Shown: one piece after another, positions 8,417 to 18,904 of the stretch
Layout of the letters: every line of letters begins with the position of its first letter
How positions within the stretch are numbered: the stretch's first letter is position 1
DNA from: Candidatus Heimdallarchaeota archaeon
GTDB taxonomy: Archaea > Asgardarchaeota > Heimdallarchaeia > JABLTI01
DNA: 32,000 nt
Reading direction: 5' to 3'
NCBI GenBank assembly: GCA_030614005.1
Contig: JAUWKS010000021.1
Coordinates: 19,345 to 51,344 of the forward strand
Notes under the pieces: model-generated
What the model saw: only the letters and a program-made list of their open reading frames with translations
What the model was told of the DNA's origin: nothing
The model's database searches: none
Translations under genes and position numbers: made by a program

Positions 8417-10282
8417 TCAATAACCCCAGAATTTGTGATCCTCACTTAAACTACGTTTCAATGTAATTAAATCATCCAAAGCTTCTCTCTGATCAACAGT
8501 AAGATCTTCGAAAAATTTCTCTTTAATACGACGAACTACACTTTCTGGCAAGTCAACATGAAGTTCCATATCTTCAGTTATCTGTCTTCCAACAGTTGGT
8601 CCCCTGATTGATATGGCAACTTGTTTTCCTTTACCTGCTTCTTTTAAAGATACACCACTTTCTTGTATTTGTTGAATGTAACCACATTTCCGTCCATCTG
8701 TACCTCTAATCAAACCTACTCGAGGGGTTATTTTACCTGCTAGAACTTCAACACCTACTACAGCTGGTCTACTTGCACGGAACACATTGCCAGGTATAAT
8801 CTTTATTTTTCCAGGAAGTACTAAATCTTTCAAACTATCTGCTTTTAGTTTAGTTTCTACATCAACTCTCCAATGCTCATACTCATCTAGAAGGGTATAA
8901 ATTATATCACTCTCAAAGAGAGCAATATTGTTAACTTCAAGTTCTTCCTGGGCATCCGGTAGAATAGCAACATTAAATGCTACAATAGCTGCGGAAGCAG
9001 GTGCACTTTCTTTTACAACTATTGCTACTGAGACATTTCCTTTATTAACATCACCGATATCTGCTAACTTGATAGGAACCCTTCGGTCAGTAAATTCTTT
9101 AACGAGCGCTTCTAACGCTCCCAAAGTATCGGCTTTTATGATAATGCCTTCTTTGTCAGTTTCAATTTTGATTACTTTCATTTCATCTTCAATGAGCTTC
9201 TTAGCAGCCTTAATCTCATCAGGAGTATTGGCAACCATTACAGGAGCACCAGCAGCAGCTTCTGTCATACCTGAACCAGTGATTTTTATCCCAGCTGCAG
9301 CATGGACCATATCTATTGCATTGAATTTCTCTTTAGGATCACGAATCTCATCTAATTCTTTGGGTTCCAATAGTGATCTAATTTTAGCATCATAAGCCTT
9401 ATCCTTTCCACCAAAAACTATGTGATCTGTTTTTGAGAATGTCCCAGAATGAACGATAACATTGATTGTTGTGCCCATACCTGCTTCTTCTGTTACTTCA
9501 AGAATGGTTCCTTCTCCAGGACCCTCACTATAAACAAGCTTGTCCAATAAAAATTGTTGAGCCAACCCAGAAAGAACTAAGAAAAGGTCTTGGATACCCT
9601 CATGAGTTTTAGCGCTAGTAGGAATAATAGCAACATTTTCAGTATAATTACGAATTCGATCATATCTATCTGAAGGATACCCTAGTTTAGATAATTCACC
9701 CATTATTTCATACAAATGAATATCTAGTGCTTTTTGTGTATCCATTGTTTGTTTCTTAAGCGTACTATGGAAAGATTCTCCTTCATGAATTTTCCATCCT
9801 GCTACACGATCAATTTTATTAGCAGCAACCAAAAAGGGTATTTTTCTTTGCTTGAGTAAACGCATAGACTCGAATGTTTGTGGTTGAAAACCTGTTCTTA
9901 CTTCAATAACAACAATAGCTATATCAGCTACTGAAGCACCTCTTGTTCGGAGATTAAGAAAAGCAGCGTGACCGGGAGTATCAACAATTAAAATGCCAGG
10001 GATTTTAAGCTTGATGGCATCTTGCTTCATCATATCTCCACAAATCTCTTGAATAGTTTCAATGGGAAAATAGGACGCACCAATTTGTTGAGTAATGCCG
10101 CCTGCTTCTCTTGCTTGAACAGCAGTACCGCGGACTGCATCTAAAATGGATGTTTTTCCATGATCAATATGTCCCAAGATAACACAGATGGGGGCTTTCA
10201 AACGTTTGGTTTCATCTATTTTAACTTCAGCTTTCTTCTTTGGTTTGCCGGTTGGTTTTTTCTTTTCTTGTGACATATTCAA
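8417..10282 (-). CDS. infB: Translation initiation factor aIF5B (IF-2)
   Basis: RLKAPICVILGHIDHGKT, GGITQQIGA, DTPGH, NKID; full length with no intein. Confidence 0.98.
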   Translation of the reverse strand: MNMSQEKKKPTGKPKKKAEVKIDETKRLKAPICVILGHIDHGKTSILDAVRGTAVQAREAGGITQQIGASYFPIETIQEICGDMMKQDAIKLKIPGILIVDTPGHAAFLNLRTRGASVADIAIVVIEVRTGFQPQTFESMRLLKQRKIPFLVAANKIDRVAGWKIHEGESFHSTLKKQTMDTQKALDIHLYEIMGELSKLGYPSDRYDRIRNYTENVAIIPTSAKTHEGIQDLFLVLSGLAQQFLLDKLVYSEGPGEGTILEVTEEAGMGTTINVIVHSGTFSKTDHIVFGGKDKAYDAKIRSLLEPKELDEIRDPKEKFNAIDMVHAAAGIKITGSGMTEAAAGAPVMVANTPDEIKAAKKLIEDEMKVIKIETDKEGIIIKADTLGALEALVKEFTDRRVPIKLADIGDVNKGNVSVAIVVKESAPASAAIVAFNVAILPDAQEELEVNNIALFESDIIYTLLDEYEHWRVDVETKLKADSLKDLVLPGKIKIIPGNVFRASRPAVVGVEVLAGKITPRVGLIRGTDGRKCGYIQQIQESGVSLKEAGKGKQVAISIRGPTVGRQITEDMELHVDLPESVVRRIKEKFFEDLTVDQREALDDLITLKRSLSEDHKFWGY

Positions 10283-10305
10283 TTCGCCTCTGAAAACTCA
10301 TCTAT

Positions 10306-10773
10306 TCACTCATATATCCATGTTTCATCTGGTAAAACATTCTTGATAATCTCTGACTCTTTAAAATAGATAGAATACTCTATTTTAGCATTTTCCGGAG
10401 AATCACCCGCATGGATAACATTTCTACCTATTTCCATGCCAAAATCTCCACGAATAGTACCAACTTCTGCTTCACCAGGTTTTGTAGCACCAACTAGCTT
10501 CCTGACACGGGTAACAGCATCCTTTCCTTCTACGACCATTGCAACAACTGGACCACTAGAAATGAATTTTACTAACCCTTCATAGAATGGTTTGTCTTTA
10601 TGAACTGCATAATGTTTTTCAGCCATAGCTTTTGTTAAGCGTAACATTTTCATTGCTACAATTCTGAGGCCAACTTTTTCTAATCGTGAAATTGTTTCGC
10701 CTACAAGTCGACGTTTTACTCCATCAGGTTTAACCATTACAAATTCTCTTTCAACATCTACCATTGAATTCAC
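10306..10773 (-). CDS. ndk: Nucleoside diphosphate kinase
   Basis: [23 protein letters not shown] and the catalytic His in NVIHAGDS. Confidence 0.98.
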   Translation of the reverse strand: MNSMVDVEREFVMVKPDGVKRRLVGETISRLEKVGLRIVAMKMLRLTKAMAEKHYAVHKDKPFYEGLVKFISSGPVVAMVVEGKDAVTRVRKLVGATKPGEAEVGTIRGDFGMEIGRNVIHAGDSPENAKIEYSIYFKESEIIKNVLPDETWIYE

Positions 10774-10917
10774 CTAGTACTCAGCAAAATTTCTAGCTCA
10801 AAAAACTTTTGATTGAAAAGGAATTTGAGTTTTATTCAAACTACCCTTCGAAAATTTCTTTTCTATGTAAAAAATTATTAAGTTTGTAGGTATATTATAC
10901 ATTGAAGGGAAGAAGTA

Positions 10918-12948
10918 TTGAGAGCAAAAGGAGAAATAATTACCATATTTATTCTTACCCAACTATTAGTTTGTATACCTGTAAATATACTGGTTGATTC
11001 GAATCAATTACAACAAGTCGCAGGATCTACAAACACAATTACTGAAATTTCCCAATTTGATGATAATTATGGAAATTTTTTAGGTTTAAATGTTACTAAT
11101 GAAATAGTAGCAGTTTCAACTTATAGAGGAGGAGTACTATTTCTAAACCATTCTTTAAAAACACTTGAAGTTGTAAATATATACCATAATATTACTACAA
11201 GTGATGTCGCTATTGTTGAAGATACCGCTTACGTTATTAATAGAAATGGAATAACTGCATTAGATATTTCAGATTTATCTAATATTATAGAACTTGATAC
11301 TTTTAACCAAGATGGTGGGAAGAGTAATCTTGAAATTAGTAACAATTGTGCTTATTATATTTATAATGACAAAGAAATTGTTATTTTGAATATATCAAAA
11401 CCTAACAATATTCAATTAATTAGTGTATATCAAAATACAAAAGATATAGGATCTTTCAAAGTAAAACAAAATTATATCTACGGAGAAGGTGAAAAAACAT
11501 TCTTTATTGTAAATATCACAAATAAATCGATACCAGAAGAAATTGATAGTATCCTTTATTTTGTAGAGGATGAAATATATTCTTTTGAATTGGAGGATAA
11601 ATTTGCTTATTTATTTTATATCAACCTTGATAAAATTATCGTTTTGAATTGTACCAATCCTGGTGATATTATTTTCTATAAAGAAATTCTATTACATGGA
11701 ATTACGGATGGTTTCACATTAAAAGATGAAAAAGCCTATTTTTTGAAAAAAGATGATATAACTTATGATAGGAGAATTGAAATCTATAATTATTCAGATT
11801 TAAATTCGGTTTTTTCATTAACAAATTTCACATCAGATTCAGTAAATCAGTATGGAACAAATGAATTGTTGCTGTTTGAGAGTGAACTCTATTTCACTAG
11901 TAGCATGAGTATAGATATTCTTGACTGTAAAAATATAACAAATATCCAAATGTCAGGAAGTTTTAGAGCAGGAGGGTACTCAAGTGATATCTTAGTTGAG
12001 GGGAATAAGATTTTTGTTGCTGATAACAGAGATGGTTTGGAAGTGATTGATATAGAAAATATCTCTAAACCATGGAAAATAATACAAAGTAATCATATAT
12101 ATTGTTCACAATTAGTCAAATATCAGAATTTTGCTTTTTTTATCGATGGCGGACAAGCAATTAAAGTAGTTCAGATAACAGAAAATAATGAAATAATTGA
12201 TTGGGAAAATATTGATTCATATTATATATTGTATTCTTTGGAATTGATGTTTCCATATTTATATGTAACAACAAGTTCAGGCATCAAGATATTCTATGTA
12301 GGAGATTTAGAAAATCCAATAGAGGTTGGAGAATATTTTGAAGCAAAACAATATTTAGATATCAAAATTGTGGATGACTTGGCATATGTTATTACGACGG
12401 ATTATGATACAAATTATCTAAAGATATTCAATATAGGCACTCGAAGTGAACCAGTTTTAATCAATAGTTATGAAATAATAAATGCTACAGGTTGTTTAGA
12501 AATCAATGATGATTTAGCTTTTGTCGGAGTGGATGGAGGAGTAGAAATTCTTGAAATCTCTAAACCCACTAATATTGAAACAGTAAGCTCCTTTGTTGAC
12601 GAGGAATACTATACTACTTTATCATTACATTGCACTGGTAACTACCTTTGTATCGGTTCCTATGATGGAATAACTATACTAGATATTAGTAATAAAAAAG
12701 TACCAGTTGAAGTAGCAAGCTATTACGATGGAGGATACGCATGGAGTATAACTTCTAGAGATAATTACATATTTGTAGCCGATGGTATTGACAATTTAGA
12801 AATTCTAGAAACGTCTTTTTCACTAACAGATTCATCAGGATCAAAAATATTAGTTTATATTCTAGTGCCCATAGGTGCTGTTGGAGTAATAACAACAGGA
12901 ATTGTGGTTGTTATAAAAATAAGAAGAAAAGGAAAAATGGAGACTTGA
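10918..12948 (+). CDS. LVIVD-repeat surface protein with C-terminal TM anchor
   Basis: Repeats ITALDISD, IVILNISKP, LEVIDIEN, VEILEISKP and ITILDISN; IFVADNRDG and IFVADGIDN strands; signal peptide; TM plus KIRRKGK tail. Confidence 0.86.
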   Translation: MRAKGEIITIFILTQLLVCIPVNILVDSNQLQQVAGSTNTITEISQFDDNYGNFLGLNVTNEIVAVSTYRGGVLFLNHSLKTLEVVNIYHNITTSDVAIVEDTAYVINRNGITALDISDLSNIIELDTFNQDGGKSNLEISNNCAYYIYNDKEIVILNISKPNNIQLISVYQNTKDIGSFKVKQNYIYGEGEKTFFIVNITNKSIPEEIDSILYFVEDEIYSFELEDKFAYLFYINLDKIIVLNCTNPGDIIFYKEILLHGITDGFTLKDEKAYFLKKDDITYDRRIEIYNYSDLNSVFSLTNFTSDSVNQYGTNELLLFESELYFTSSMSIDILDCKNITNIQMSGSFRAGGYSSDILVEGNKIFVADNRDGLEVIDIENISKPWKIIQSNHIYCSQLVKYQNFAFFIDGGQAIKVVQITENNEIIDWENIDSYYILYSLELMFPYLYVTTSSGIKIFYVGDLENPIEVGEYFEAKQYLDIKIVDDLAYVITTDYDTNYLKIFNIGTRSEPVLINSYEIINATGCLEINDDLAFVGVDGGVEILEISKPTNIETVSSFVDEEYYTTLSLHCTGNYLCIGSYDGITILDISNKKVPVEVASYYDGGYAWSITSRDNYIFVADGIDNLEILETSFSLTDSSGSKILVYILVPIGAVGVITTGIVVVIKIRRKGKMET

Positions 12949-12950
12949 GT

Positions 12951-14162
12951 TTAAACCCAATCACCAGTTTCAATCTTAGTTGGCAAGTATTCTTCAGTAA
13001 AGAATTTGATACCACGACTAGCGAGAGCTTGAATTTCGGCTTTCTGTTTGGTTTCAATCATAAGTTTAAGCTCTTTAACCCATTCAGGACGAATTTTGAC
13101 GAATTTTTCTTCCATCATAATTTTGGCTCGAGAGATATCCATCTTACTCATAGGTAATCGAGTGTTTTGGGGGAGATTATATTTATCCAAATCAGAAGGG
13201 CGGACACCCAACCATTTAATATCAGGAGTGGCTAACTCATAAGATTCGTAAGATAGAGCCTTACTACCTAATCCATAGACACGAAGTATATCAAGACCAT
13301 ATGGATCTGAATCCATTACAGCCATTACTGGTAATTGTAAATCTTGATTCATTTTTCGCAAGAATATTCTTGTTGCAACATTTGGTTGCCCGCTGCCAGT
13401 TAGAATTACGCATGGATATTTTTCATAGAATTTATCTTCTGCTAATCTCAAGAATGCTGCTTGCTTTTCTACCACCATAATGAATTCTGCATCTGATTCT
13501 AAATCAGTAATATGGTCTTGCATTGGATTGACATTTTTTCCCGCTGACCCTTGTTTTGTACAATCTATTAAATCACCGTTATCTAGATACGATACTCTTC
13601 CTACAACCAATCCTCTGTCATTTGCGGTTACATGGATGTTTTTTCGATAAGTCCCCAGAGTTACTGCGCTATCTTCAATAAGAGGATCACTTCCTCTATT
13701 TTGGTCTTCGAAGAGTGCTACATCTGTATAAAACACTTCTCTTTTGCTACCGTGAACATTCATCTCTAATAATTCGTGAATAATTTGGAGGACTCTTAAT
13801 TGCGCTGTGAACTTTTTTACGGTACCTATATCATCCCATTTTCTATCCATATAATTTTGCCCTAATAATAGCAAATCTGATGCTTCATCATAAATTACAT
13901 TACTTGCACTTCTCGAAGGAACTTTCAAGATAGGTTGTCCTGATTGTATTGTTTCAACGAATACTTTCCTGAATATTTCTTCTATTCGTCTCATTCCTTC
14001 TTCTCTATCTATATCTGCAATCTCATGAATGCCCTCAGGTAAGTCTTCAATCCTTGTTCGAGAGGTCTTTTTTAGCTCTTCTCGTACTTCAATAATATGC
14101 TTAATTTTATCTCTTGAGACTTCCCTTGGGTACTTCTCTGTTTTTCCACTTTTACTGGACAT
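12951..14162 (-). CDS. top6A: DNA topoisomerase VI subunit A
   Basis: SKREVFY (catalytic Tyr), Toprim VVEK and MDSDPYG, KAEIQAL. Confidence 0.97.
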   Translation of the reverse strand: MSSKSGKTEKYPREVSRDKIKHIIEVREELKKTSRTRIEDLPEGIHEIADIDREEGMRRIEEIFRKVFVETIQSGQPILKVPSRSASNVIYDEASDLLLLGQNYMDRKWDDIGTVKKFTAQLRVLQIIHELLEMNVHGSKREVFYTDVALFEDQNRGSDPLIEDSAVTLGTYRKNIHVTANDRGLVVGRVSYLDNGDLIDCTKQGSAGKNVNPMQDHITDLESDAEFIMVVEKQAAFLRLAEDKFYEKYPCVILTGSGQPNVATRIFLRKMNQDLQLPVMAVMDSDPYGLDILRVYGLGSKALSYESYELATPDIKWLGVRPSDLDKYNLPQNTRLPMSKMDISRAKIMMEEKFVKIRPEWVKELKLMIETKQKAEIQALASRGIKFFTEEYLPTKIETGDWV

Positions 14163-14228
14163 TTATTGTCCTCCGGTTTTTTTAATTCTAATAATCTTAC
14201 TTTTTTGATTTTAATAAAATAGTTTTTT

Positions 14229-17200
14229 TTAGCCTTCTAGTTCAGCTGAAGTTTTTAGTGCTCTAATTATTTGTTTTCTGATGTTTTTCACTGTCTTTAC
14301 ACCTAAACCTTTGACGGTTGATGTTTTTGCTATTTTTGCACTATGGAATTGTTTTACAGTATAAATTCCTGCTTTGTTCAGCTCTTCTTGCACCATTGGT
14401 GAAACGTGAGGTAATACTGCTACAGAAAGCATTTTTCGCATTTCAATGATATCTTCCTCTTTTACTCCTTTTACTGAACCCAATCTAGCGATACTTTTCT
14501 TGAAAATATCCCCTACAGATTTTACGCCCACCTTTGCTAATCGTTCTTCTGTTGTTTTGCCCATACCAGGAATTTTACTAATTCTAAGCGTAGGTTCTAG
14601 CATTCCTTTCGGTGGTCCTCTTACAATTTTAGTGGTTTCTTCAGCTTCTGCTTTTGGCTTCTTTGTGCCTAGAAATTCAGCTATAGAAGTATCTTTCTTC
14701 TCTGGTGATTTTGCTGGTTTTTTGGTTTTTGCAGATTTTTTAGCAGGTGGTTTTTCTTTAGTTGGTGCTACTTTTGTTGGTTTCTTGGCAGGTTTTTTCT
14801 TTTTCCTAGAAGGTACGGTCTTTGAACCTGGTGTCATCAGCAGTTTTTCTTCAATATCTAATTTCAATTTTGTAATCGTTAGTGAGCGTAATCCTCTTGC
14901 ATTTGTTAAACTATCATCATCTGCTTCGAAAAATTGTTGAACAGTAAATATACCCATTAGATTCAAATCACTTTTTCCTTCAAAATTAATTCTTGGCAAC
15001 ACTATAACATCTGTATTCCCACGATTGTCAGCTATTGTTTTTGCTCCGAGGCCTTTAATCTTTAGTAAGCGACTGTTGGCAACCATATAGAATTTGGCTA
15101 CTGTTTCAATACCTTTAGCTGATAATCTCGCAGCCATCGTTTTTCCTACACCACCCAATTCTTCAACTTCAGCATCTGCTTCAAGGAAGTCCGGAGGTGG
15201 AGTGGGCATTTTGACCTTAGTGGGTTGAGTGATAATGCCTTCATCATCCATTGATTCATCAATTTCTATTTCAGAGCTTTCTTCTCTAAGATTTTCAATA
15301 TCTAAATCAAGTAATGCTTTGATCAATTCAAATAAGATAGTAACCCGTTCTTCTGATAAGCCATGCAATTTGCTTAGCTCTTCTTCATCTGCTTCAAGAA
15401 ATTCAAGTATACTATAGACTTTGTTACTATGCAATTCCTCCACAGTTTTTTGAGTAATATTTGGTAAAACATCAACATTACATTTGGATTTTAGTTCAGC
15501 TATTATAACAATATTCAAACTGCTTTTGGTAAGTTCCTCATTTTCCATTAAGAAGAAATCTTTAATTGTTTTAACACCACGAGCACGAAGTGATTTCTGA
15601 GTTGCCGGACCAACACCAGGGAGAGTTGTCACTGAATCCATTCCTTCGTAAAGGTCCATACCATCAATTATTCCTCTATCTCGAGCAAATTCATCCAGTG
15701 CTTTAGCACTCACAGATTCAACCAATTCATCTTTTGCTAGCTCAGGTAACTCAAGAATAGCAACTAGAATTTGTTCTGCTTGATCTAATGCTTCTTCAGA
15801 TAATCCAAGAGAAATTAATTCTTGCATTTGTTCATCATCGATTAAAATGAGGTCTTGCAGAGTCTGAATATCGTATCTATCAAGATTAACACCCTCAATT
15901 GAATCTATAGGTAGAGCTTCAACTGGGATGGGGTTCTTTGGGAGAAAAATCGAACCATCTCTTTGTTTTAAACAATTACTAAATTGTGTGGAACTGAACA
16001 TAAATGGAAATTCATCTTCATCCATTTTTCCAAGCATTTGTCCAACAATTGATGAAACAGTAGGGGCGTATTTATCAAAGATTTTCATTCTTCTAGCTGC
16101 TTGTTCTTTTTTCTTCAAAGCTCTTTGGAAACTCATTAGTTTCCTTCCGGCTTTTTGTAAACATAACCTAAGTTCTCTTCTAATCTCATCTACTTCAGCA
16201 ATATATTCCTTGCTTGTTTCAGGGAAGGGTATTTTTGTACTAACTAATGACACGGCAAATATTATTGGATCATTATTGAGATTGGTTTTATAGTTGGACC
16301 AATTAATACCCTCAATTGTTTTCTTTATCAAATCATTTCCTTCACCAAATAGTAAAGGTATTCTGTTTGCAAAACGCATTAATTTGTATGGTGCACTAAT
16401 GTTTTCTCCACCATATCCTATAGCAACTTCAACCTGAAAAGCATGTCCACTGTAGCTTGAAGGTGGTCTGCCTTCTGAACAGCTGAATTCGGGTTGGTAA
16501 ACATCTTCCAAACCGGCTGCTAAATTTTCATGCCCTAATGGTGACAAACATTTACCATCGGGTGGGAAAAATTTAACCTTGGTAAATCCTTCATGAATTA
16601 ATCTTCGAAGCTCCATTTCATCTAAATTCAGGGGGTTTTTACTTGCCTTAATTTTAGATACTTTTAGAACTTGGGCTGCAGTTTTATCACCGATTCTCTG
16701 AAAATGGGTTTTCAAAAAATTCTTCATATCTTTACATTTTGTTCTAGAAATCTCGCTTTTTATTTGATTAATATCTGTACCAATTGGATGCAGTGGTACT
16801 TCAATTGGTGGTTCAGGAATTTCATCAACAGTTCTAGTATGAAAGATAGGTTCATCGGGATTGTCAGGAGTAGTAATAGTGAATGAAGCATATGGTGTTA
16901 TAACAGCCATTTCTTCTAAGTATTCAAAGATATATCTTTTGGAGCGTCTCCAAGTGCCTGCAAAACAACAAGTAACTTCTGTTCCATGTACTTTTAGTTG
17001 GTTCTTTGATTTACCAGAATATTTTGTTGAATCAACGATTTCAGGAGCGTTCTTAACAATATCAATAAACAATTTGTAATGACTGGTAAATTCAGCTGAT
17101 TTTTTCTTAGAAAGAGCTAATCGTGATTTAATTTCAAATGGAACTCGAATAGTTGATTGAGAATAAATTAAAACCATTTTTGCTCCTAAGCCGAAGCGAC

Positions 17201-17570
17201 CGCGTGATTGTCGTTCTCCATAATTGGAACCAGTAAGTACTCTTCCAAATAATTTTGGAATGTCAGCATGACGAATGCCAATTCCATTATCTCGTACAGA
17301 CAATCGAATGAATTCATTACCAGATTCCTCGTCGTGTCTGTAATCTTCAATACCCATTAACTCGCCGATTTCTTCTGCAGACATCAATTCGATTAGAATA
17401 TTGATATCAGGTAGAATTCCCCCTTTTTCAGCAGCATCTAATGCATTTTCGACTAGTTCTCTTATGCTTGTATAAGTAGATCTGGTAGGATTATCAAATC
17501 CTGCAATTGCTTTATTTGCTTCAAAGAATTCTGCAGCAGACCTTTCTATTATTTTCTCACGCGCTATCAT
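14229..17570 (-). CDS. top6B: DNA topoisomerase VI subunit B with a long C-terminal HhH-repeat extension
   Basis: GHKL motifs RELVENALDA, VRDNGIGI, SRGRFGLGAK and HGTEV; H2TH (FQRIGDKTA); transducer RFANRIPL. About 570 extra aa carry repeated GxG-type HhH motifs. Confidence 0.96.
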   Translation of the reverse strand: MIAREKIIERSAAEFFEANKAIAGFDNPTRSTYTSIRELVENALDAAEKGGILPDINILIELMSAEEIGELMGIEDYRHDEESGNEFIRLSVRDNGIGIRHADIPKLFGRVLTGSNYGERQSRGRFGLGAKMVLIYSQSTIRVPFEIKSRLALSKKKSAEFTSHYKLFIDIVKNAPEIVDSTKYSGKSKNQLKVHGTEVTCCFAGTWRRSKRYIFEYLEEMAVITPYASFTITTPDNPDEPIFHTRTVDEIPEPPIEVPLHPIGTDINQIKSEISRTKCKDMKNFLKTHFQRIGDKTAAQVLKVSKIKASKNPLNLDEMELRRLIHEGFTKVKFFPPDGKCLSPLGHENLAAGLEDVYQPEFSCSEGRPPSSYSGHAFQVEVAIGYGGENISAPYKLMRFANRIPLLFGEGNDLIKKTIEGINWSNYKTNLNNDPIIFAVSLVSTKIPFPETSKEYIAEVDEIRRELRLCLQKAGRKLMSFQRALKKKEQAARRMKIFDKYAPTVSSIVGQMLGKMDEDEFPFMFSSTQFSNCLKQRDGSIFLPKNPIPVEALPIDSIEGVNLDRYDIQTLQDLILIDDEQMQELISLGLSEEALDQAEQILVAILELPELAKDELVESVSAKALDEFARDRGIIDGMDLYEGMDSVTTLPGVGPATQKSLRARGVKTIKDFFLMENEELTKSSLNIVIIAELKSKCNVDVLPNITQKTVEELHSNKVYSILEFLEADEEELSKLHGLSEERVTILFELIKALLDLDIENLREESSEIEIDESMDDEGIITQPTKVKMPTPPPDFLEADAEVEELGGVGKTMAARLSAKGIETVAKFYMVANSRLLKIKGLGAKTIADNRGNTDVIVLPRINFEGKSDLNLMGIFTVQQFFEADDDSLTNARGLRSLTITKLKLDIEEKLLMTPGSKTVPSRKKKKPAKKPTKVAPTKEKPPAKKSAKTKKPAKSPEKKDTSIAEFLGTKKPKAEAEETTKIVRGPPKGMLEPTLRISKIPGMGKTTEERLAKVGVKSVGDIFKKSIARLGSVKGVKEEDIIEMRKMLSVAVLPHVSPMVQEELNKAGIYTVKQFHSAKIAKTSTVKGLGVKTVKNIRKQIIRALKTSAELEG

Positions 17571-17607
17571 TTCTAATGAACCTACTAGCCACCTTAATTT
17601 TTACTAA

Positions 17608-17877
17608 AAGGACAAGCTTGACACTATGTCCTTCTCTACATCCACCCGGGAATCCCTTCCACCTAGGGATTATTTTCTTATTTCAGATGCCTCTGAAAGA
17701 GTGAATTAAGAGCGAGTTTTGATTCAAATACTAAATTTAATTTCTTAAACTTATTGCTGTTGAATCCGCTCAAATTTCGTCCTTCATTATTTCACTTTCT
17801 CATTTCAAAGGGTTCTTTAATACTTTACCGTTCAAGCAAATTATCTTAATAACATTCAATTGTTAAACTACAATTGA
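17608..17877 (-). ncRNA. Candidate structured RNA downstream of the RAMP operon
   Basis: Five stems: 17608-14/17627-33, 17651-57/17665-71, 17681-87/17692-98, 17710-27/17760-71 (bulged) and 17856-63/17870-77. GC is 31/60 in 17611-17670. Strand and transcription are inferred. Confidence 0.35.
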
Positions 17878-17887
17878 TATACTCTGC

Positions 17888-18904
17888 CTATGTTCCGAGC
17901 CTTCTCTTCTTCGAGGTGGTTGCCCTCTCAGAGTCAGCATTGCTCATGGTCAAAGAAGAATGCATCTCAGCATCCATAGCAGTATCAAGTTCTTCTCTTT
18001 TACTTGCCGATAGTGAGATAGTTCCTTTTGATATTTTTAATCTTTTCTTATAGTAATCATTTATTGCCAGATTTACCATTAGCAACAAATGGTTTCTTAA
18101 ACTACTAATTCCATAATCCATTGATTCCACTATTCGCTCTAATTCTTTTGAATGATAGATGTAATTATATAATCTATATGGAGAATGTTGAACTTGCTCA
18201 AGGTCTTGTTTTAAAAGTTTGAAATCTATTTCTCCATTCTCCCGATTATATCGACTTGGAACTTTGAATCGCTTCTTTCTACTGATTGAAGATGCAAGTC
18301 TATCGTAATACTGCAAAATTGGCAAGAGAGCATTTGTATGTTCTGCACCATTATGATGATTCACACAAGCAGTTCTAATTTCTTCATCTTCGATTTGTAA
18401 CTCTTGATAGATTTTACTTGGATGTCGCTCTGTATGAACGAAATCGTGAAGCATTAATACTTTAAGTAATTTTAACAATTTTTCAGGATAATTTACCCCT
18501 AATCCTTTCCTAATTTTGAATTCCTTTCTTTGGTTCGCTTTCGTATGAATAAAGGACTCAATTTTACATTCAAGCCATTTCACTCGACCGAAACCTTCAG
18601 AGGAATAACTGCCAAGAAAACGATTGGTCATAAAGGAAGAAATTTTGGTAAGAAGCTTCTCTGTATTATACCCTACACAGCTCACTTGCACAAATCCTCG
18701 ATAGGCATGTAAAACGGTCGGTGCTCTTGATTCCCCTTTCACCAATTTGCTAAAGGAAGTCAATAGTGGTTTTTTTTCTCCGTTACGATCTCCTATTACC
18801 TTTATCCAACAAGCTCCTTTCTTCACGAGTGGTTTGGAAAGGATGATTGGTGTATCTAAGCGACCAATTAATGTAACCTTTTTCTTTAATTGTGGTTCTG
18901 CCAA
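17888..18904 (-). CDS. RAMP (Cas5-like) domain fused to a Cas10-type HD nuclease fragment
   Basis: N-terminal ~120 aa end in a RAMP glycine-rich loop (FLGSYSSEGFGRV). HD motifs follow (LMLHDF...VNHH...YYDRLASS), then SSLRNHLLLMVNLA, which resembles the Cas10/Cmr2 'SL-x-DH' segment. No palm or GGDD. The TTG start overlaps the cas7 stop. Confidence 0.75.
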   Translation of the reverse strand: MAEPQLKKKVTLIGRLDTPIILSKPLVKKGACWIKVIGDRNGEKKPLLTSFSKLVKGESRAPTVLHAYRGFVQVSCVGYNTEKLLTKISSFMTNRFLGSYSSEGFGRVKWLECKIESFIHTKANQRKEFKIRKGLGVNYPEKLLKLLKVLMLHDFVHTERHPSKIYQELQIEDEEIRTACVNHHNGAEHTNALLPILQYYDRLASSISRKKRFKVPSRYNRENGEIDFKLLKQDLEQVQHSPYRLYNYIYHSKELERIVESMDYGISSLRNHLLLMVNLAINDYYKKRLKISKGTISLSASKREELDTAMDAEMHSSLTMSNADSERATTSKKRRLGT

